A DNA stretch of 25,356 nucleotides, taken from NCBI GenBank assembly GCA_012862495.1, contig BLSG01000216.1:647796-673151 (forward strand), read 5' to 3'. The position numbers and the translations under genes were made by a program. Below the pieces are notes generated by a model that saw only the letters and a list, made by a program, of their open reading frames with translations, ran no database searches and had not been told where the DNA came from. This document shows positions 19,511 to 25,356 of this stretch, one piece after another (position 1 is the stretch's first letter; every line of letters starts with the position of its first letter). This DNA is from Thraustochytrium aureum (taxonomy: Eukaryota).

Positions 19511-21160
19511 TCAGGTTGTCTTTTCTTTCCCTTCAAAGGACACGAACGCGTTCACCGCAGCGCGTTGCCTGCCGGCCTTGCTCTCCTCGAGGATGCCGAG
19601 CCCGTCCACGTTGACCGCGGAATCCTCGTGCGAAGTGTTGATGTCGGTGAGCTGCAGCGAGCCGAGGTCGAATTTGCCGAGCTCGCGCGCCCGCGCCCGG
19701 TAAGCGACGATTGAAAAGATGGAATTGAAAGATACGAGCCAGCCCCCGAACGCGTAAAGGGTGTACTGGTCAAGTCTCGTGNNNNNNNNNNNNNNNNNNN
19801 NNNNNNNNNNNNNNNNNNNNNNNNNNNNNNNNNNNNNNNNNNNNNNNNNNNNNNNNNNNNNNNNNNNNNNNNNNNNNNNNNNNNNNNNNNNNNNNNNNNN
19901 NNNNNNNNNNNNNNNNNNNNNNNNNNNNNNNNNNNNNNNNNNNNNNNNNNNNNNNNNNNNNNNNNNNNNNNNNNNNNNNNNNNNNNNNNNNNNNNNNNNN
20001 NNNNNNNNNNNNNNNNNNNNNNNNNNNNNNNNNNNNNNNNNNNNNNNNNNNNNNNNNNNNNNNNNNNNNNNNNNNNNNNNNNNNNNNNNNNNNNNNNNNN
20101 NNNNNNNNNNNNNNNNNNNNNNNNNNNNNNNNNNNNNNNNNNNNNNNNNNNNNNNNNNNNNNNNNNNNNNNNNNNNNNNNNNNNNNNNNNNNNNNNNNNN
20201 NNNNNNNNNNNNNNNNNNNNNNNNNNNNNNNNNNNNNNNNNNNNNNNNNNNNNNNNNNNNNNNNNNNNNNNNNNNNNNNNNNNNNNNNNNNNNNNNNNNN
20301 NNNNNNNNNNNNNNNNNNNNNNNNNNNNNNNNNNNNNNGAGCGTCATCAGGTAGCCGATACGCTCCGCCAGCTGATCCACGGGGTCCAGCGCAAATGTGG
20401 CGAGCGAGGTCAGGCACAGCAAGAAGCTGAGGTAGGCGAGCCGGAACAGGTAGCCCTCGGAGCGACGAACCATTTGGAAGCGGATCACAACCTGGCTCCA
20501 CCTGAACGCCTCATCGTCCTTGCCCTCGTCGCCCTCCGAGCTCCGCGACGCAAACTCGACCACGACGCGCTTGCAGAGGAACTCGGGGATGGCGCAGTAT
20601 CGCCGGTTGAGAATCAGCAGCGGGGCGCCGCCTTTCGTCTCATCGAGCGCGTAAGACGCTGTGCCAGGGACGAACATGGCCTTCTCGACAGATGCAAAGC
20701 TCATATCCATGACCACTGTCAGGTCTTGGCAGTCAAAGGGGAAGGCCTGGAGCTCGAAACTCTCCATGCAGGTCAAGTAGACGAGCTTGCGCAGGAAGCA
20801 AAAGCTCTCGTCGCCCTCTTGGATAATTTTGAACGGGTTTCCATTCTCCTGCGCGCGGAGCTCGCTCGTCTCCTCTTTGGCGTTCGGAAACTCAAAGTTG
20901 GGCACGTACGAGGGGGAGAACGTCTCTGGGGTGCGCTTCCAGCAGTCGACGTCGGCTTTGCTGGCGGGCCAAACGATGTCGAACCCAATGGCGCACTTGA
21001 AGGTCTGGCCAACGGTTGACACGTCGGCGAGGTATCGGCAGTAGACGAGCTTGACTTGGACGGGGATCTTGCATCTTCTCCAGTCGCGCACGAACCGCTC
21101 GTGCGGGGTGCCCAGCACCTCGCCGTCTTGGTCCACCTTGACGCTCACCGCGGAAGGCAT
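19511..21160 (-). CDS. Cys-less (Pro-loop) pentameric ligand-gated ion channel subunit; end of M2 and M3 lie in the gap
   Basis: DVSTVGQTFKCAIGFDIVW (beta1-beta2), VPNFEFPNA (loop A), FELQAFPFDCQDL (Pro loop), pre-M1 MVRRSEGYLFR, M1 hydrophobic stretch, M2 start ERIGYLMTL, M4-like DQYTLYAFGGWLVSFNSIF after the gap. Confidence 0.88.
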   Translation of the reverse strand: MPSAVSVKVDQDGEVLGTPHERFVRDWRRCKIPVQVKLVYCRYLADVSTVGQTFKCAIGFDIVWPASKADVDCWKRTPETFSPSYVPNFEFPNAKEETSELRAQENGNPFKIIQEGDESFCFLRKLVYLTCMESFELQAFPFDCQDLTVVMDMSFASVEKAMFVPGTASYALDETKGGAPLLILNRRYCAIPEFLCKRVVVEFASRSSEGDEGKDDEAFRWSQVVIRFQMVRRSEGYLFRLAYLSFLLCLTSLATFALDPVDQLAERIGYLMTLXXXXXXXXXXXXXXXXXXXXXXXXXXXXXXXXXXXXXXXXXXXXXXXXXXXXXXXXXXXXXXXXXXXXXXXXXXXXXXXXXXXXXXXXXXXXXXXXXXXXXXXXXXXXXXXXXXXXXXXXXXXXXXXXXXXXXXXXXXXXXXXXXXXXXXXXXXXXXXXXXXXXXXXXXXXXXXXXXXXXXXXXXXTRLDQYTLYAFGGWLVSFNSIFSIVAYRARARELGKFDLGSLQLTDINTSHEDSAVNVDGLGILEESKAGRQRAAVNAFVSFEGKEKTT

Positions 21161-21166
21161 TCCTCC

Positions 21167-21293
21167 CTGCGTTCAGCCAAGAGCGGCTGGCGAGACTGCT
21201 CGTCCCACCTCGGCCGTCCGTCCGTCCGCACGCAGCTCGAGCGCAGCCTCCGAGCACGACCCGCCCAGCCCGTCGCCGCGCAGATAGCACCAC
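21167..21293 (-). other. Possible 5' intron of the pLGIC gene
   Basis: Minus strand GGCTGAACGCAG|GGAGGA ATG gives a branch-like motif and acceptor. Contains a (CGGA)n tract like HAAO intron 1. Donor is uncertain (AGG|GTGGTG at 21293, in phase with an upstream ATG at 21413). Confidence 0.45.
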
Positions 21294-21804
21294 CCTTCCG
21301 AGTCCAGTCAGTGCCTGTCGGGGAGGAGAACGTGCCTGTGGTTTGGCGTCTGCTCCAGTTCGCGCGTCGACCTGGCCTCTGCTCGTTTCAACTCGCGAGC
21401 CAGCCGTGTCCATGTGTCCACACTGTCAGCCGCTGGACTGACAGAAGTGTGTGCTCAATGGACAAGTGGAGAGGAAGTAACAAGCGCATCGCGACGACTC
21501 GGCTGCGTCGCCAGACCCGCGACGAGGTACCAAGTTGCTTACCGGTACTCCCGAGTGCTAGCTCGACTTGGGTGGTACTCTACTAGCTCTAGAGCAGGAC
21601 GCAGGCATTGTCGACTACAACGTCGCCCAGCGAGGGCTCAACAAATTGCGTGACGACGGTTGCCCAAGAGAGCGAACGAGTTGCTGCGATCTATGGCATG
21701 GCGCGAAACGCCGGGCCCACCACCTGGCGGGCTCTACCGTGCGCAGCAACGGTGCCGCCGCGGGACACTAGTTGTCTGCGATTTGCTTTTATTTTTACGA
21801 AAAA

Positions 21805-23068
21805 CTAGTGCTGCGCTGGCGGCGTCGGCTTGTACTCGGGAATCTGCGACACGACGAGCGTGGCGGAGGCCGACGAGAGGCCAACGAGGCGGAACTCGAA
21901 ACCCGCAGGCACAACAAAGCACGAGCCAGCAGCCAAGGTGTGCTCCATGGCCGCCATGGACAACTTGCGCCGCTTAGCGGACCCATCGGACGGGTCCGTG
22001 AGAGACACGTCGTCGGCGGCGGCCGCTTCCGCATCGTTCTCCAGCGCAACGAGCTCCGGGTGCCGCATGTGGACCAGGGCAGCGTCGCGCAGCTGGTAGA
22101 GGAGCGTCNNNNNNNNNNNNNNNNNNNNNNNNNNNNNNNNNNNNNNNNNNNNNNNNNNNNNNNNNNNNNNNNNNNNNNNNNNNNNNNNNNNNNNNNNNNN
22201 NNNNNNNNNNNNNNNNNNNNNNNNNNNNNNNNNNNNNNNNNNNNNNNNNNNNNNNNNNNNNNNNNNNNNNNNNNNNNNNNNNNNNNNNNNNNNNNNNNNN
22301 NNNNNNNNNNNNNNNNNNNNNNNNNNNNNNNNNNNNNNNNNNNNNNNNNNNNNNNNNNNNNNNNNNNNNNNNNNNNNNNNNNNNNNNNNNNNNNNNNNNN
22401 NNNNNNNNNNNNNNNNNNNNNNNNNNNNNNNNNNNNNNNNNNNNNNNNNNNNNNNNNNNNNNNNNNNNNNNNNNNNNNNNNNNNNNNNNNNNNNNNNNNN
22501 NNNNNNNNNNNNNNNNNNNNNNNNNNNNNNNNNNNNNNNNNNNNNNNNNNNNNNNNNNNNNNNNNNNNNNNNNNNNNNNNNNNNNNNNNNNNNNNNNNNN
22601 NNNNNNNNNNNNNNNNNNNNNNNNNNNNNNNNNNNNNNNNNNNNNNNNNNNNNNNNNNNNNNNNNNNNNNNNNNNNNNNNNNNNNNNNNNNNNNNNNNNN
22701 NNNNNNNNNNNNNNNNNNNNNNNNNNNNNNNNNNNNNNNNNNNNNNNNNNNNNNNNNNNNNNNNNNNNNNNNNNNNNNNNNNNNNNNNNNNNNNNNNNNN
22801 NNNNNNNNNNNNNNNNNNNNNNNNNNNNNNNNNNNNNNNNNNNNNNNNNNNNNNNNNNNNNNNNNNTGACCGTCCTGCCAATCCAGCCGCCCCGCGCGCG
22901 CGCAGCGGCCCCGTCAGCCTCCGCGCCTTGCCCAAGCCGCGCGCGCGCACCGGCCCGCCAACGACCCACTCACAGTTGCTCCTTGTGCATGAGCTTGTTG
23001 CAGACAGGCGGCGCGAAGTCCGCTCTGTGCGCATTGTACCAGTCCTCCACGCTCACCGGCGCGTCCAT
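21805..23068 (-). CDS. HAAO: 3-hydroxyanthranilate 3,4-dioxygenase, animal-like two-cupin type (kynurenine pathway to NAD+); spliced, middle portion in gap
   Basis: Exon 23068-22974 encodes MDAPVSVEDWYNAHRADFAPPVCNKLMHKEQ(L), matching human HAAO W...NR..FQPPVCNKLMHQEQL. Splicing to 22874 gives L-T-V-(M). After the gap, LLYQLRDAALVHM...TLAAGSCFVVPAG...ATLVVSQIP matches the HAAO C-terminal cupin (LWQLEG..V.M...SL..DDSLLV.AG...AL.VTQDP). Stop TAG at 21805-21807. Confidence 0.9.
22875..22973 (-). other. HAAO intron 2 (99 nt, phase 2)
   Basis: GTGAGT donor at 22973, GCTGAC branch at 22918-22913, TTGGCAG acceptor ending at 22875. Removal restores CT|G ACG GTC (L-T-V), collinear with HAAO QLKVMF. 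Confidence 0.88.
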
Positions 23069-23070
23069 CG

Positions 23071-23131
23071 CTGTCGGCGCAAGCCGCGCGTCCGTCCGTC
23101 CGTCCGTTCGCCCGCCCGCCCGCGCACTCAC
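23071..23131 (-). other. HAAO intron 1 (61 nt, probably in the 5' UTR)
   Basis: GTGAGT donor at 23131, (GCGG)n/(CGGA)n interior, CCGACAG acceptor ending at 23071, followed by CG ATG. Confidence 0.7.
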
Positions 23132-23300
23132 CGACACGGGGCTTGCTTGCCCTGTCCCACGGCGAGCAGTCGAGATGCCAGAGCCTTGCAGGGACTCTTT
23201 TTTTTCTTTTTTTTCGTTGCCTTGCGCGTGGACTGGAGGACAAGATGTCGTCGCGGCTGCGTCGCTGCGCGTACTCTGTTCGCGGCGGACACGGACGACC

Positions 23301-23325
23301 TGATCTGATCTGATCTGATCTGATC
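23301..23325. repeat. (TGATC)5 pentanucleotide microsatellite
   Basis: Five perfect TGATC units read directly. Confidence 0.95.
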
Positions 23326-23334
23326 CGTGGGCGG

Positions 23335-23410
23335 AGGCAGAGTTGTGGAGCGAGAACTTGCGTGCGCGTCGACCCGATGTGTAGGCAGAGTTGTGGAGCG
23401 AGAACTTGCG
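23335..23410. repeat. Perfect 28-bp direct repeat, two copies, 20-bp spacer
   Basis: AGGCAGAGTTGTGGAGCGAGAACTTGCG at 23335-23362 and 23383-23410. Confidence 0.95.
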
Positions 23411-23601
23411 AGTACTCTACTTACTCTAAGGTAGAGTACACAGGTGCGCCGTTTGCTCGGACGGGCCGAGGCAGCTGTCGAGGCGAGTGCAAGCAAGGAG
23501 CATGACTCGGGTTTGGGGAACTGCGAGTTGCGCGCTCGTGAAGATTCTTTTTAAAATGATACAACCTAACGGGCTTGGATGTCTTCCCAGCGCCAATCCG
23601 G

Positions 23602-25290
23602 TCAGATGCGGCGCGACTGGCGCAGCGGATGCTCGTCGCCCGAGAACGGTCCGCGGTGCGGCGAGGCCGCCGAGTACAGGATAGCCCCCCAGCCGAACTT
23701 GGACATGACCTCGGCGTAGAGGCGGTCGTAGAACTCAGAGGCTGCCACCGAGCGCAGCAAGGCAGCATAGTTGGAGGTAATGAACTGCTGGAAGAGTTTG
23801 CGCACGTCACCCTCAGCGCGAAGCATCGCTACCGTGCCCTGCATGGTCACCAGACTGAGCTCAATGGAGGCCCACAGACTGGTGTGCTGGATCTGGTACT
23901 TTGACAGCACCTCCTCCTGCTCTTGAGTAAAGTCGTTGATGTCAAACCTTTGCGACTCGCTGTAGTAAAAGTTGAAGATCGGGCGCAGCTCGGCGTGGAA
24001 CCTCTCCCGGGTCGCCTCGTCCGGGAGCGCTTGCTCCGCGTTCTCCACAAAGTGCGCGGTGAAAATCTTCAGAGCGATGTCAAAGTCGCCGCAGAGCACG
24101 GACAGGAAAAACGCGGTGAGGTTGACACGATCTGCCTCCTCGATCTCGCCGACAAGACCAAAGTCGAGGAGCGTCATCCGCCCGTGGTCCTCGGGATCGA
24201 GAAAGATGTTGCCCGGGTGAAGGTCACAGTGAAAGATGCCGTCGATGAAGACGCTGCGGAGAAAGTAATGCGCGATGCGCATGGCGAGCACCTCGCCGGG
24301 GATGCCGAGTTCCTCGAAGCGCGCGCTGGGGATCTGGCCGTCGATGAGCTCCATGGTCAGGACGTTGCGCGACGTGACGAGCGAGTAGACGCGCGGAATC
24401 CGCGGAATGCGGTATCGGTCGCCGTGGCTGCGGTCGCAGGCCAGCTGCATGGCCTTGATGCTGGCCGCCTCGAGCATCATGTCGGCCTGGCACAGAACCA
24501 GGGCGTAGATTCGCTTTGTGCGGTCGGCGAGCGCCTTGTTGTGGAAAAAGCGCACCGACAGAATCAGGTTTACCAAGCGAAGCACGCGCTCTAGGCCGTG
24601 CCGAATCGACCGCCGCACCACCTTGACCGCCACGACGGGCCCACCTCGCGCAAGCTTGGCCCGGTGTACCTGCGCGATTGTGCCCGAAGCGATCGGCGTC
24701 TTATCAAACCACTCGAACAGGTGCGAACGGTCCTGCCCAAAGGAGCGCGCGAGCTCGAGCTCGAGGTCCCGCGCGCTCATTGCGGGGACGTTCTCGCGCA
24801 GGACTTGCAAACTCTGAGCAATGTGGCGATCGACGAGATCGGGCCTGCTGGAGAGGATCTGCGCGATCTTGTGCAACGTGGGGTTGTTCATTGCCAGCAC
24901 CGCGGAGAGTGCGAGCTTGGCCCGATAGACCCGGAAACGCTCGTCGCGCGTCAAGCCCGACGACGACGACGACGACGACGACGACGAAGAGGAGGGGGGG
25001 GAGGTTGGTGGCGGAGGCGCGAGCCACATTATCCAGATGTAGCCCGCCAGGCGTGCGAAACCCCAGTATGCGAGCGTCACGGCCATCAGCTTGACGCCGA
25101 CGAGGACGGCCACCAAACCGTTAATGATCGTGCGTACGAGACTGCCGAGCCAGATCCACATCATGACCAGGGAGACGTAACCGTATCTCAGGTAGATGTT
25201 TTCGATCGTTGGGGATGCCGCCGTGAGGGCCAGGCCGAACTCTAGCTGGCGGCGCACGCCGTCCAAGCACTGGACGATCTCGTCGCGCAC
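23602..25290 (-). CDS. ABC1/UbiB (ADCK) family atypical protein kinase with N-terminal hydrophobic helices; true start probably upstream
   Basis: PTLHKIAQILSSRPDL (KxGQ region), PIASGTIAQVHRA, VAVKV, VLTMELIDG, GIFHCDLHPGN, LLDFGLVG. The listed start is GTG; the frame stays open to the right edge and has CAG acceptor candidates near 25300-25310. Confidence 0.9.
   Translation of the reverse strand: MRDEIVQCLDGVRRQLEFGLALTAASPTIENIYLRYGYVSLVMMWIWLGSLVRTIINGLVAVLVGVKLMAVTLAYWGFARLAGYIWIMWLAPPPPTSPPSSSSSSSSSSSSGLTRDERFRVYRAKLALSAVLAMNNPTLHKIAQILSSRPDLVDRHIAQSLQVLRENVPAMSARDLELELARSFGQDRSHLFEWFDKTPIASGTIAQVHRAKLARGGPVVAVKVVRRSIRHGLERVLRLVNLILSVRFFHNKALADRTKRIYALVLCQADMMLEAASIKAMQLACDRSHGDRYRIPRIPRVYSLVTSRNVLTMELIDGQIPSARFEELGIPGEVLAMRIAHYFLRSVFIDGIFHCDLHPGNIFLDPEDHGRMTLLDFGLVGEIEEADRVNLTAFFLSVLCGDFDIALKIFTAHFVENAEQALPDEATRERFHAELRPIFNFYYSESQRFDINDFTQEQEEVLSKYQIQHTSLWASIELSLVTMQGTVAMLRAEGDVRKLFQQFITSNYAALLRSVAASEFYDRLYAEVMSKFGWGAILYSAASPHRGPFSGDEHPLRQSRRI
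24958..24987. repeat. (CGA)10 coding microsatellite, poly-Ser in the ABC1 kinase
   Basis: Ten CGA units, read as (TCG)10 on the minus strand. Confidence 0.9.
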
Positions 25291-25356
25291 CGCGTCACCC
25301 CCCTGCCCCCCTGCGCACCCAAAACCGCAACGTGGGATCGCTGTCGATGCCTGCCT

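Noticed and set aside
19630..19781. pLGIC truncated to three TM helices (TRLDQY read as the start of M3)
   Set aside because: The segment fits an M4 pattern (D..L..F..W..FN..F followed by a basic tail), and the gap has room for M3. It remains unresolved until the gap is closed.
21805..22108. Cupin fragment as mannose-6-phosphate isomerase
   Set aside because: The upstream exon PPVCNKLMH and the LYQL...SQIP pattern fit HAAO much better.
23335..23410. Direct repeat pair as a mini-CRISPR array
   Set aside because: Only two repeats, a 20-nt spacer, no cas genes, and a eukaryotic context with spliceosomal introns.
17942..25290. Transporter, pLGIC, HAAO and ABC1 kinase as a functional gene cluster (tryptophan-metabolite signalling)
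   Set aside because: Only adjacency in a compact eukaryotic genome supports it. No other pathway genes are present, and conserved synteny or co-expression cannot be tested here.

Overview
Eukaryotic, GC-rich (about 60-65% by eye), gene-dense and intron-poor draft scaffold with six N gaps (3412-3591, 9992-10676, 15590-16249, 17209-17941, 19782-20338, 22109-22866). The gene set and intron style suggest a stramenopile, possibly a thraustochytrid/labyrinthulomycete (inference). Genes in order: a very large USP9X/24/34-family deubiquitinase (minus, runs off the left edge), a tandem double-hotdog acyl-CoA thioesterase (plus), a class XXX-like myosin with IQ/SAH/zinc-ribbon/PX tail (minus), an unknown ORF followed by a TMEM104-like amino-acid transporter (plus), a Cys-less pentameric ligand-gated ion channel (minus), a spliced two-domain 3-hydroxyanthranilate 3,4-dioxygenase (HAAO, minus) whose 5' coding exon the ORF track misses, and a divergent ABC1/UbiB kinase (minus). 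About 12 single-base frameshifts, many in homopolymer runs, look like sequencing or assembly errors. I found no rRNA, tRNA, CRISPR array, transposase or multi-gene novel system. The best leads are protein-level oddities and recurrent non-coding architecture.
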